Notes under the pieces: generated by a model | What the model saw: only the letters and a program-made list of their open reading frames with translations | What the model was told of the DNA's origin: nothing | Database searches by the model: none | In this document: in pieces, positions 48,301-56,898 of the stretch | Numbering within the stretch: the stretch's first letter is position 1 | How the letters are laid out: each line of letters begins with the position of its first letter | Made by a program: the position numbers and the translations under genes | IMG/VR virus record: IMGVR_UViG_3300009609_000001 | Location: 36,268 to 100,267 of that record | Source of the DNA: a virus | Length of the DNA: 64,000 nucleotides | Strand: one strand, 5' to 3'

Positions 48301-50077
48301 TTGGCTGCCATCTGAATTTCACCAGAACATTGCCAGCATTTCTCAAGAGCACGGCATCGACCCGGGCGACCTGCGCGAAGCAGTGGATGACCTGCACCGG
48401 GAATCCGTTGATGGCTGGCGAGAGCGTTTGAACATGTTCAACGCCTACCAAAGCAAAGGCATGACCCCCAGCAGCCTCAATGCCTGGCAGGAGTCCGGCA
48501 AGGACTTGGAAGAGTACCCCGGCATGGATGAAGCGGTAGCCAGATTCTCCGGGACGTGGGGCGAGCACGGCGGGTATGGCGCTGGCCAATTCAACGTCGG
48601 CAAGTCCAGAACCAGCGCTGCCGTAGACAGCCCAACAGAGCAATTCGTCGCCATGATGCTGGCGGGCCGGCCGCGGAAGCCGGTCAAGGACGAGGGGATG
48701 ATTCGCACGGCCGCCGCACAAGTTAAATCAGCGCAGCAGTATCGTCCGGCTAGTGGCGAGCAAGTTCCGTTCTCGCGCGAAGGCCGGAAAGAGCGATACC
48801 TGCGGGACCTTTGTGAGCATGTGAACAAAGCGGCCGGTGACTGCCACCCAAATCCCAGCGATCCGCAACGAAAAGCCGGAAACTTTCGCAAGGGCCACGT
48901 ATGGGTGCATGGCCTGCCCATCAGCATCGAAACCGCTAAGGGATTCAAGCGCTGGCCCGGGGGACCGCCTCTGGCTGCGCACTACGGCTACATCAAGGGG
49001 ACCAGCAGCCGCGACGACCAGCAGCTTGATGTATTCGTTGGCCCCGTGCCGTCGAGCCAAATCGTATTCCTGATCGACCACCGCAGAAAGAGCGGGCGAT
49101 TCGACGAGACGAAGGTCCTCATTGGTTTTTCCAGCCGAGAGCAAGCCGTCAAGGCGTATCTCTCGTCCTATCCTCCGGGCCGCAGGGCATTCCCGTTGAC
49201 CAAAATGACGATCTGGCAATTCAAGGCCTGGCTCAAGGAGGGCGACCAGCGTACCCCGGTCGAGCGACAGGTGAGCAAGTTCGCGCGGTCGCCAGCGGAC
49301 GTGCTCAAGCAGCTTTACAAAAAGATCAAGCCAGCCACCGGGCAGATCGGACTATTCGCTCCGCATCCCGCCAAAGCCTCAGTGCAGCATACCGCCACGG
49401 TCGCGCTGCCCGAGCCCAACTTCACCGGCGTTATCAAAGACAGCCTCGGCCGCGAGCAACACTACGTTGACGGCGTGCATGTGGCCGGGCCGCAAGATGC
49501 GGAGACGCCGAAGCCGGTCAAAAAGATCGAGCCAAAGCCTCGGCAGAAGTCCATGTTCGACGATGACGTGCAATGGGTCGAGGTCAACAACACCCACGTC
49601 GCGATTGAGCCGGATGGAAAGATCGTCCACGGTCCGGAAGGCATGGAAGGCAAGCAGATCGACGAGATCGAGAAGGTGGAGGAGCCAACGGATGTTATGG
49701 CCGAATCGTCGGAAGACACCGTAACGGAACCATCGCCATCTCCCTGGAAACTCTCCCGGGGCGACTTTCACAAGCAGCAGAAGCCGGGCTACGACGTTGC
49801 CGCCACGAACCGCGAACACAGGGAATCGGTCGAGCAAGCCCTGGCAGAAGGAAAGGATGTTCCCGCTGAGGCATATCGGGATTACGCTGATTTGAAGCCA
49901 AAGGCCAAGACGGTTGAGGAGGCGATTCGGGGCGTGGTGGCTCCGAAACCGATAGCGAGCGCTGCGGAACCAAGTACAATAGGATTGGAAGGCGGTCAAG
50001 AGCGTGCGCGAGGCACTGGTGGGGATTTCCTCCGTATGACGCAAAAACCGTTGACAAGTCAGCCGCAAAAAGCCTAG
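45350..50077 (+). CDS. Large polyvalent protein (sigma-70, MutS-I-like, ParB-like and InPase-like domains)
   Basis: DLAQEGNIGLLEAARRFDP...FSTYA; EEIGDKLGISRQRAHQI; EFHAFGDDA...GQRVAIAE; AGNFRKGH...HYGYIKGT...DVFVGP...FDE.KV. Confidence 0.85.
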   Translation: MGVLTVSEAIRVLYKRITPAVGQKEFWSNEPRDAGGKWTTPAHEAVARPKDDDEHFKLSDRPSPKFEPLVEDPPRDEKQPPPQHEPLPGQKEMFGATVSAKTKPATNEALCARIKSGDSGAEDALLKQNQGLVYSIARRYTRTPGDLEDLAQEGNIGLLEAARRFDPEKAKHFSTYANLWVLAKVGNYAKKSWKQSTTQVGGDDDESSIDDLAVDTGDTSPGSGLETSESQDKLRAAVATLPEREALAVRLRFGLEGNEPHEFEEIGDKLGISRQRAHQITEKAMEKLRRTMKYRRVADVLKALYAKKHKPAANQASMWGEEQEKLHPRDEGGKWTHAQMSVAKKAVEHMKGKLHGPKSKEDLVFAAGDHYFNDSEARKHFDSHKHFQEGVKAHLETSEQQAAPEQSAAKEPHEMTLDEWVQSMIGKPYRNGTTGENAVYNELDLARLNQLHENHVATELIHGGTVLPEVLADYPDLQPKATEKPQNITGRYSRTLSTRDALRKVMYASYRGSAFVVPKMVSLQPPKPGVGQKHFGFAGDSGVHQPPQDPEFEKLHPRGKGDKGGQFAEKPEGEKAKDDAEKKTEKPAAESAPHPLAAKHAEAKKHVTVPGSVTLLKHGSEFHAFGDDAAKLAEHGIGDGQHAHFGMGELNRHLTNLTGKGQRVAIAEPRGKEPVAEPPKPPKPEPIPAERPPAIAPPAKAAPARRVAPAPAVKAQATNPPQQHPSVQQALRDLEQKHGLRKSPPHQSDVQLAPESPSKPQSVKEIIASVHAKHGLPPRAKPAPSKPPTSMTLADIAAWNKAGHLKIPSSVTLAGIQERMASRQYEPVTIAKQKDGTLAVIGGAESLLAAAKNHEKQVAVRLSDNAHKHFAQNSPKPKVDPEKIAKGVSAIKSRLMSISDHSPIHERVHQSLGTKSVREVEQRLDAAAQSGDMSTLKAVEQAIWPDRYPKSTKQTLSDLFKKSHQPSSETPTPAPHETPSAYEDWLPSEFHQNIASISQEHGIDPGDLREAVDDLHRESVDGWRERLNMFNAYQSKGMTPSSLNAWQESGKDLEEYPGMDEAVARFSGTWGEHGGYGAGQFNVGKSRTSAAVDSPTEQFVAMMLAGRPRKPVKDEGMIRTAAAQVKSAQQYRPASGEQVPFSREGRKERYLRDLCEHVNKAAGDCHPNPSDPQRKAGNFRKGHVWVHGLPISIETAKGFKRWPGGPPLAAHYGYIKGTSSRDDQQLDVFVGPVPSSQIVFLIDHRRKSGRFDETKVLIGFSSREQAVKAYLSSYPPGRRAFPLTKMTIWQFKAWLKEGDQRTPVERQVSKFARSPADVLKQLYKKIKPATGQIGLFAPHPAKASVQHTATVALPEPNFTGVIKDSLGREQHYVDGVHVAGPQDAETPKPVKKIEPKPRQKSMFDDDVQWVEVNNTHVAIEPDGKIVHGPEGMEGKQIDEIEKVEEPTDVMAESSEDTVTEPSPSPWKLSRGDFHKQQKPGYDVAATNREHRESVEQALAEGKDVPAEAYRDYADLKPKAKTVEEAIRGVVAPKPIASAAEPSTIGLEGGQERARGTGGDFLRMTQKPLTSQPQKA

Positions 50078-50080
50078 TAT
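50051..50080 (+). promoter_or_regulatory. Sigma70-like promoter for the capsid operon
   Basis: TTGACA-N18-TAGTAT. Confidence 0.65.
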
Positions 50081-50100
50081 TACGGCTGAGAAACCGAAAA

Positions 50101-50157
50101 GGTATTGGACCAACCAAGCCCGCCGTCCCGCAAAGGGACGAGCGGGCTTTTTTATTT
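50101..50157 (+). promoter_or_regulatory. Bulged-A hairpin copy 2 overlapping an intrinsic terminator
   Basis: GGTA TTGG ACCAA CCAA GCC; AAGCCCGC...GCGGGCTT TTTTATTT. Confidence 0.9.
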
Positions 50158-50165
50158 GCCGAACG

Positions 50166-51464
50166 ATGCCTGCAACCTTAGCTCCAATTCGCACGCCTCC
50201 TCTGGACGAATACTCCGTCGAGCACGACGTGCCGATCTTCACGGAGCACACCATCGAGGTCGAGGGCGACAGCGGCGAGAAAGAGTCCGACTGCTACGGG
50301 CTGAAGGAACTCCAGTACATCACCGACAACCTGAACAACCGCATCGAGGATACCGGCGACTTCGTGCCGATCGTCGTCGGGCACACCGACCCGGAAGATA
50401 AATCGGTCAAGCCGCCTGTCGTGGGGTTCGCCGGCCCGTACAAGATCGGGCGTTTCGGCCGAACGAAACCGCGATGGGCCATCTTTGCTGAAAATTGGTG
50501 GACGCGCAAGGATCCCGCCACGGTCGAGCTAATCAAGCAGCATCCGCGGCGCTCCGTCGAGCTGTGGCGAGAGGATCGCTACGAGGATCGGTTCTTTGAC
50601 CCGATCAGCCTCCTGGGCGCAGACACGCCTCGTCTGGACCTGGGATTGATGTTCAGCCGAACCAGCGGCAAGAAGATTCGCCGCTACTCCGCCGTGGCAC
50701 CCAGCGGCACCAATACTTTCGCTCCGACGTTCGGGGATGAAAAGAAGAAGCTCAATTACGCCGGCCCAGAGCCGGACGACATTTCCTCCGAGGAGGGCGA
50801 TATGCCTAGCGTCGATGAAATCGTTCAGGCCCTGGAACAAACCGACGTTTTTCAGTGGGCGCGCGGGAAGATGGCCGAGGAATCCGGCGTTGGTGGCGAT
50901 GCCGATGACGCTGCGCCTCCTGAGGCTCCGCCTGCCGCCCCGCCACCAGCCAATCCGCCGCCCGGCGATCAGGAGAACATGAACATGCCCTACGCCAGAA
51001 CCGGCGACAAGGACCGCTACGCCCGCCTGGAGCGTGAGTTGCGGGAAACGAAAGACTTGTACGCCAAGACGGACCGCGAGAACAAGGCCCTCAAGGATCG
51101 TCTCGACGCCAAGGACCAGGAAACGACTCGCGCCGTCCGATACGCCCGCCTGCAAGAGCTTTCCATGCAGCACGTCCTTGACCCCGAAGAGGAAATCGAG
51201 GAAGTGCTGGCGATGGACGACAAGACGTGGGACAAGCATCAGGATCGCATCCTGAACCGCTACGAGCGAATCCCCGCCGGCCGCGTGCTGCCCTACGAGC
51301 GCCCCGCGATGCTCAAGAGCGAAGCCGCTGATTCGGCCGCGGAGAAGGAAATCGCCGAAGAGGCCGCGAACCTGGTCACTTCCAAGCGGAACGCTGGCGA
51401 GAAGATCACCTACTCGGCCGCCCGTGAACTCGTTGTCCAGCAGCGCAAACAAAAGCGAGCCTAA
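50166..51464 (+). CDS. Prohead protease/scaffold (Mu gpI-like)
   Basis: VPIVVGHT...RRSVEL...ISLLG..P, then acidic/Pro linker and coiled coil; precedes capsid genes. Confidence 0.75.
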   Translation: MPATLAPIRTPPLDEYSVEHDVPIFTEHTIEVEGDSGEKESDCYGLKELQYITDNLNNRIEDTGDFVPIVVGHTDPEDKSVKPPVVGFAGPYKIGRFGRTKPRWAIFAENWWTRKDPATVELIKQHPRRSVELWREDRYEDRFFDPISLLGADTPRLDLGLMFSRTSGKKIRRYSAVAPSGTNTFAPTFGDEKKKLNYAGPEPDDISSEEGDMPSVDEIVQALEQTDVFQWARGKMAEESGVGGDADDAAPPEAPPAAPPPANPPPGDQENMNMPYARTGDKDRYARLERELRETKDLYAKTDRENKALKDRLDAKDQETTRAVRYARLQELSMQHVLDPEEEIEEVLAMDDKTWDKHQDRILNRYERIPAGRVLPYERPAMLKSEAADSAAEKEIAEEAANLVTSKRNAGEKITYSAARELVVQQRKQKRA

Positions 51465-51484
51465 GTTCGCAAACTGAACCTTTT

Positions 51485-51538
51485 GGTATCGGACCAACCG
51501 AGCCTGTAACACCCTCCATTCAGGAGTAACAGGCAATG
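51485..51538 (+). promoter_or_regulatory. Bulged-A hairpin copy 3 plus RBS-sequestering stem
   Basis: GGTA TCGG ACCAA CCGA GCC; GCCTGT...CTCC-attca-GGAG..ACAGGC then ATG. Confidence 0.9.
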
Positions 51539-51940
51539 TCCGGTATCCCAGGTTTTCAAGGCGTGGCTGGCGGCGACATCAACACCAGCCGCTTCGTCAA
51601 GATTTCCACCGCCGCCAACAAGACGCTCTTGGAAGCAGGCGCTAGCGAGCGTTGCTTCGGCATCTCCCAGGAAGGCACGGCGCTGGCCCCGATCCCCAGC
51701 GCAAGCGGACTAGCGGCCGTCGCCGGCAATCCGATCCACGTCTACATCCCCGGCCAGTTCTGCTTGCTGAAGATCGGCTCCGGTGGGTGTGTCGCTGGTG
51801 ATCAGCTTGCTCCAGGAACCGACGGCAAGGGCGTCATCAACACCACGGACAAGCGCTGGACCGGTGCAATCGCCTTGGAAACCGCGTCCGAAGACGAGTT
51901 GGCGCTGGTCTACGTGATGGCCGGATTCAACGCGGCGTAA
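51536..51940 (+). CDS. Capsid cement/decoration protein (DUF2190-like)
   Basis: Small Gly/Ala-rich beta protein, AGD.L....DGKG...GAIALE.A; directly before the capsid gene. Confidence 0.75.
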   Translation: MSGIPGFQGVAGGDINTSRFVKISTAANKTLLEAGASERCFGISQEGTALAPIPSASGLAAVAGNPIHVYIPGQFCLLKIGSGGCVAGDQLAPGTDGKGVINTTDKRWTGAIALETASEDELALVYVMAGFNAA

Positions 51941-51970
51941 CCCCCGAACAACCAATTTTTTCGACTTCTG

Positions 51971-52025
51971 GGTACTGAATCACTCAGGCCCGTGAAAGCC
52001 CCTAACAAGGAGTTGACACGTGGCT
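51971..52025 (+). promoter_or_regulatory. Bulged-A hairpin copy 4 plus RBS/start-sequestering stem (capsid)
   Basis: GGTA CTGA ATCAC TCAG GCC; GGCC-CGTG...CCT-aaca-AGG...CACG-t-GGCT. Confidence 0.85.
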
Positions 52026-53066
52026 GCTTACCCATCCGGTAGTAACACCTTCGTATTGAGCCACGACGCGACCCAGAACATGGTCGTGGACTTCGCCCGC
52101 AACATCGAGGATTTTGCGGTCAATGAGTACGTGCAAATTCGCAAGGTCGATAAGGTCGCCGGCTACTGGCTGCAAATGACAGTCGAGGAAGCCGGTCGCA
52201 TCCTGAACACGAACCTGGCCGACTTCGAGTGGGCGGATGGCACGGTCGATCCGGAAGCCAACGACGGAACCGAGTCGTTCGAGTTCCTGTCCTACCTGGC
52301 CAAGCGCTATCGCTTTGGATTCAACATGGGCTACCTGGCCAGTGGTCAGGCCGGCTGGGATATCATCGCCCAACACTCCAGCATCAAGGCCCGTCAGGCG
52401 ATGACGGCGCGCACCCAGAAGGTCGCCACGCTGTTGCAGACTTCCGGAAACTACGACTCCACGCACACCTCGGCGGTCGCGTCCATCACCGGCGTATCCG
52501 GAAAGTGGGACGTATCCACAACGGCGCGGTCTGACATCAAGCGGTCGCTCGATTACGCGGCGGACATCATCTACCGGGATACGCTCGGCGCGGTCAGCAA
52601 GAAGGACCTGAACCTGGTCGTTTCACCGGGCTGCTTGCGGAAGATGAGCGTCTCGCAAGAGATCGTCGATCTGCTCAAGGGTTCTCCCAGCGCCTACGGA
52701 TGGCTGCAAGGCGCACTGGCTGGAGAGAAGGTGGACTACGACGTTCCCAAGGAGCTGTACGGCTACCGCCTGGTGGTCGAGGGAGCGGTCAAGGTCACTT
52801 CCCGCAAGGGCGCCACCCGCGCCACGAGCTATGTCTGGAGTGACACGTCGCCAGCGCTCATCAGCCGCGTAGGCGCGTTGGAAGCCAAGATTCCTTCGCA
52901 GGCCCCCAGCTTCTCGACCTGCACGCTGTTCATGCAAGAGGAAATGACGGTCGAGACCCGCGATGAACCGGACAACCGGCGCACGAAGGGCCGCGTGGTG
53001 GAATGCTACGACACGAAGCTGACCGCGCCTTCGAGCGGGTTTTTGTTCACGTCGGCTGTGGCCTAA
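52020..53066 (+). CDS. Major capsid protein
   Basis: 348 aa, position, C-terminal SGFLFTSAV; AAGGAG RBS and GTG start. Confidence 0.85.
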   Translation: MAAYPSGSNTFVLSHDATQNMVVDFARNIEDFAVNEYVQIRKVDKVAGYWLQMTVEEAGRILNTNLADFEWADGTVDPEANDGTESFEFLSYLAKRYRFGFNMGYLASGQAGWDIIAQHSSIKARQAMTARTQKVATLLQTSGNYDSTHTSAVASITGVSGKWDVSTTARSDIKRSLDYAADIIYRDTLGAVSKKDLNLVVSPGCLRKMSVSQEIVDLLKGSPSAYGWLQGALAGEKVDYDVPKELYGYRLVVEGAVKVTSRKGATRATSYVWSDTSPALISRVGALEAKIPSQAPSFSTCTLFMQEEMTVETRDEPDNRRTKGRVVECYDTKLTAPSSGFLFTSAVA

Positions 53067-53084
53067 TTGCTTGGGGCAGCGGCA

Positions 53085-53579
53085 ATGGCATACGCAACCG
53101 AAGCGCAGTTGAAAGAGAGATTTGACAACCGCTTGCTTGGCCAACTTGGATCGGATTCGGGACAAGCCTGGGACGCCAACTGCTCAACCAACATCGCGGC
53201 CGCCCTGGACGACGCCAGCGGAATGATTGAGGCCGCCCTGTTGATGGGGGGTCGATACACCACGGCTGATTTATCCGGACTGACCGGAAACTCGGCCAAG
53301 TACCTGGTTCGAATCACTTGCGATATTGCCATCTCCATGCTGATGGAGCGGCGCAAGTATTCCGACGACGACGCGCGGGTTCACGCGCTGGAAAAGACCG
53401 AGGAACACTTGGAAATGCTTCGCAAGGGGTCGCACATTTTCAACATTCCCGCGGTGGTCGCGGCTGGCAGCATTCACGGCGAAGTCGGTCCCACGATGGT
53501 CGAGCTGGAAAACTCCTCGCTGATTCGCTACCGCACCAAGCATTATTACCCACGATCCAGAACACCCGGCGACAGGTAG
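53085..53579 (+). CDS. Head-tail adaptor (Mu gp36/DUF1320-like)
   Basis: MAYAT...L..RF...AALDDASG.I...L..GRY...LVRITCDIA. Confidence 0.85.
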   Translation: MAYATEAQLKERFDNRLLGQLGSDSGQAWDANCSTNIAAALDDASGMIEAALLMGGRYTTADLSGLTGNSAKYLVRITCDIAISMLMERRKYSDDDARVHALEKTEEHLEMLRKGSHIFNIPAVVAAGSIHGEVGPTMVELENSSLIRYRTKHYYPRSRTPGDR

Positions 53580-53586
53580 GTGATAC

Positions 53587-54084
53587 ATGCCTCTCGGTAC
53601 AGGCTCCATGACGGTTCACGTCGCCGGCCCGGCGCATTTGCAAGTGGCAACGCCAGCCTCCGGGGCACTCGAAGACCTGGGGTACTCTCGCAACGGCGTG
53701 GACGTGACCTTCCGCGGGTATTACGACGATGTGCCTTCGGACTTGATGGGCGGGGAACTTGGCCCGCCGTTGGATGTGCAGTATTTCGGCGAGACGGCCG
53801 ACATCCAATGCCAACTGACCAGTTACCAAACCAGCGTCTACAACAAGGTCCAAGCACAGCTTGCGGCCGGAACTGCTGGCACTCCGGGAACCCCCGGAAC
53901 ATTGATGTTCTCGGAATTGAAGGCGTTCCGTCTGCGGATTACGTCCACCATTGAAATCCTGAACTTCGTCAACGTCGTCTTCCGTCAGCCGCGGGAAATC
54001 AACAAGGGAACGCGGTTCAGCCAAGCAGTCGTGGTGGCCACGGCTTACGAAAACGACTCCGGGGTCTTGTACAACGCGACGTAG
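53587..54084 (+). CDS. Putative tail tube protein
   Basis: VAGPA...DLGYSRNGV.V; precedes chaperone and tape measure. Confidence 0.7.
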   Translation: MPLGTGSMTVHVAGPAHLQVATPASGALEDLGYSRNGVDVTFRGYYDDVPSDLMGGELGPPLDVQYFGETADIQCQLTSYQTSVYNKVQAQLAAGTAGTPGTPGTLMFSELKAFRLRITSTIEILNFVNVVFRQPREINKGTRFSQAVVVATAYENDSGVLYNAT

Positions 54085-54085
54085 C

Positions 54086-54553
54086 ATGTGGAACTGGCTC
54101 AAATCGCTCTTCCGGCGGCACGACAGCCGGGAAATCTTCTCCTTCTGGGATGGCGTGCGCGAGCGCCGCGCAGACCCGATCACGCTCTATCGCGGATTGT
54201 CCAGTCACAAAGATTACAACCTGGAAAACGACATCCCCGCCACGGTTGAAGGCGATCCGACTGCTCACGCCCTCACGGTTCGCGTCGTCCGGGAAGTGTT
54301 TGACGTACCCGGCTGGTCGGAAGATAGCCCAGGATTGACCGAACGGGAAACCGTCGAGTTACTTTGGCAGTTTGACGGCTACCTTGAATCGCTAAAAAAA
54401 AGTACCAATCTGACGCTGATCTCGCGGCCTGCTATGGAGCCGCCGCCCTCGGAATCCTCTCTCACGAGCAGCGAGTCGGACTCTGGCTCAACATCTCACG
54501 AAGCCAAATCCGACAAGCCTACGGAGTGCTTGGAGCCGTTAGCAGTGCCCTAA
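54086..54553 (+). CDS. Tail assembly chaperone (0 frame)
   Basis: A8 slippery run 54394-54401 encoding LKKS. Confidence 0.75.
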   Translation: MWNWLKSLFRRHDSREIFSFWDGVRERRADPITLYRGLSSHKDYNLENDIPATVEGDPTAHALTVRVVREVFDVPGWSEDSPGLTERETVELLWQFDGYLESLKKSTNLTLISRPAMEPPPSESSLTSSESDSGSTSHEAKSDKPTECLEPLAVP

Positions 54554-54690
54554 AGGATTCGGTCGGTGCCGAGTGGTTCAAGGCCATCTCTGAGACCGAA
54601 GAAGAGGGCACGGCGATGTACAACGTCCATTCCGCCATGTCTGAAATGATGGGCGATCGCAACGGCCATCCCCTGGGAGGCCATCGGTAA
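54086..54690 (+). CDS. Tail assembly chaperone, -1 frameshift product
   Basis: -1 frame is open from the A8 run to TAA at 54688-54690, which overlaps the next ATG. Confidence 0.75.
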
Positions 54691-56807
54691 TGCCTGCCCC
54701 TCTCATTCCCATCATCGCCCGTGTGCTGACGGCGATCCTGCCACGCGCAGGGGCTGCTTTGGCTGGCCGGGCTGCCGTCGCTGGCGCAGGTGAGGCAGCC
54801 GCCGGAACCGCAGCACGAGCCACGGCAGGCCGCACGTTGGCATCCCACGGGACAAGCAAGGCCGTATTGGGAACCGGCGAAGCGGAACTTGCCGCAGCCA
54901 GAAAGGCCAGGATCGGCAGAACCTTCCGGATGCCGACAAAGGCGGATACCTCCGGAATCACAAAGCACGTCAGCGACAGCAACAATCAGAGTTTCATCGA
55001 CAAGATTCAGAATGCTCGCGATTTGCTGAAGCAGGTTGCGCCGCAAGTTTTGGCCCAGAAAGACACGGCGGCATTTACACCTCCGGCCGCCACGCCGACG
55101 CCCGCCCCACCAACGACTCCCGCCCCTCAGCCGACAGTTCTCCCTCGTCCGCCGATTCAGGCTCCGACTCCGCCAGGTCAACCAATTGAACAGCGAGCCG
55201 GAGCGCCGCCGGTTCAGCCGCAGCGGCCAATTATAATCCAGCGACAACCTCAAACATTGCCAACTGCGCAGGCTCCATCCGCGCCGGTACAGGCTCCGCC
55301 GGTCCAACCGTCCGCCCCAAAACCCCAGCCAGCACCACAACCAACCGCCTCTAAGATTCTGCATTCCCCGCGCGCCAAAGCTCCGGGCTTCATGGACCAA
55401 CTGAGGAAGTTCGCCACCAAGGCGGGGAACTTTGCTCAAGACGCTGGGTTGTACGATCCTTCTCGGGCAGCGCGAGGACCCGGCGAATCAATCCTTCGCG
55501 GTGCGCATACCTACCTGACGACGACGCCCGAGCAACGGGCCGCCGAGAAGATCAGCCCCGTCAAAGATTTCGCGATGGGCTGGCTGCGAAGCTGGCGGCG
55601 CCCACCGGTCCCACGGAAAGGAAAGAAAGAGGACGAGGGCAAGTCGCCATTCAAGAAGGTCAAGCCTCCGCCAATCGCCGGTACGATTCCACCCAAGCCG
55701 CGCAGCCGAGAAGAGTACGAGCCGGAGAAGTCTCCGCGCACAATCGAAGAGCTGCACAAGGAGATGCTGGCGCTGTACCAGCGTGGCGTCACCAAGGGCA
55801 AGGAAGCCGACGCCATCCTGGATGAACTCAAGCGCGCCGAGGCCCTGCAAGCCAAGGCCGATGGCAAGGGCCCGCTCTCACAACCCAGCAAGGGAGCAAT
55901 CACGCTCGGCGGCCGGACAGCTCCGCAAGCGCCTCCGACGCCAAAGCCCCCACCGGTTCCGGCTGTCCAGCCGGCTCCCGGAGGAAACCTGTCGAGCGGC
56001 AACCTCGCCTCCGCCTTGGCTGCGAACACCTCGGCCGTGCATGGCCTGACTTCGGCGATGCAGTCCCAACCCAAGCAGAGATTCGCCACCGGCGGAATGG
56101 TTCCCGGCGCTGGCCGCGGAGATAAGGTCTCGGCGCTCCTGGAGCCTGGAGAATGGGTGCTGACCCGCGATCAGGTGAAGCGCATCGGGGAAATGAACCT
56201 GCGCAACCAGCGGTTCCAGCACGGCGGCCCGGTACAGAAGTTCGCCGGCGGTGGGCCAGTCAGCGGCGCGGCAGATATCGACGTGCCCGGGCGGCATTTG
56301 AGCGACGCCTTCTCCGGAGCGCTGGATCGCGGCAAGCAGGCCCTGAGCGGACCGGGGGGCTTTATCTCGGCCGTGATGAGCACCCCGCCGGCCTTGAAGC
56401 GATTCAGTCAGGATGTGCTACAGTCGAGCGAATCGCTGCGAAGGTTTGACGGCCGGATGAGTATTGCGTTTTCCAAGTTGGAATATGGGCGACTGAGAAG
56501 GGAAGTTGAAACGGCCGGGGCAACTTCGGGAAGCGCTGCGGTATTGGCGTCAGCCGTGGATAGCATGGAAAACGATCTGCAAGGCATCATGCTCATAGCG
56601 AGGATCGCCACAAACTATCTTGCGGTAATCGCAGCCCAATCGGTTGGTCTTCTGGCGAAAATTGCCAGTAAAACAATTGGGCCGGCCATGTTAACCGTGC
56701 TGGCAGAGATCGAGAAAAACACTAGGGACTCGAACGCCAAGGCGGGAATTCCGGTCGTGGAATTCTTAAAGAAAGCGGCTGAGTACAACAAAAAAAACAG
56801 GCCCTAG
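54690..56807 (+). CDS. Tape-measure-like protein, Pro-rich
   Basis: Follows the chaperone; FATGGMVPG.G.GD.V.ALL.PGE.VL motif. Confidence 0.7.
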   Translation: MPAPLIPIIARVLTAILPRAGAALAGRAAVAGAGEAAAGTAARATAGRTLASHGTSKAVLGTGEAELAAARKARIGRTFRMPTKADTSGITKHVSDSNNQSFIDKIQNARDLLKQVAPQVLAQKDTAAFTPPAATPTPAPPTTPAPQPTVLPRPPIQAPTPPGQPIEQRAGAPPVQPQRPIIIQRQPQTLPTAQAPSAPVQAPPVQPSAPKPQPAPQPTASKILHSPRAKAPGFMDQLRKFATKAGNFAQDAGLYDPSRAARGPGESILRGAHTYLTTTPEQRAAEKISPVKDFAMGWLRSWRRPPVPRKGKKEDEGKSPFKKVKPPPIAGTIPPKPRSREEYEPEKSPRTIEELHKEMLALYQRGVTKGKEADAILDELKRAEALQAKADGKGPLSQPSKGAITLGGRTAPQAPPTPKPPPVPAVQPAPGGNLSSGNLASALAANTSAVHGLTSAMQSQPKQRFATGGMVPGAGRGDKVSALLEPGEWVLTRDQVKRIGEMNLRNQRFQHGGPVQKFAGGGPVSGAADIDVPGRHLSDAFSGALDRGKQALSGPGGFISAVMSTPPALKRFSQDVLQSSESLRRFDGRMSIAFSKLEYGRLRREVETAGATSGSAAVLASAVDSMENDLQGIMLIARIATNYLAVIAAQSVGLLAKIASKTIGPAMLTVLAEIEKNTRDSNAKAGIPVVEFLKKAAEYNKKNRP

Positions 56808-56894
56808 GATAACGGACGCCAAGCTTGGCTTCATCGCAATGGCCACCGCCAAAAGAACATACGCCGCGACGACCCCCGAAATAGTTTTTTTCAT
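56766..56894 (-). CDS. Possible 42-aa membrane peptide
   Basis: MKKTISGVVAAYVLLAVAIAMKPSLASVILGPVFFVVLSRFL. Confidence 0.35.
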   Translation of the reverse strand: MKKTISGVVAAYVLLAVAIAMKPSLASVILGPVFFVVLSRFL

Positions 56895-56898
56895 GTGA

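Noticed and set aside
43237-53579. Transposable Mu-like phage
   Set aside because: Head genes are Mu-like but no MuA/MuB genes are seen, and a tyrosine integrase with a tRNA is present
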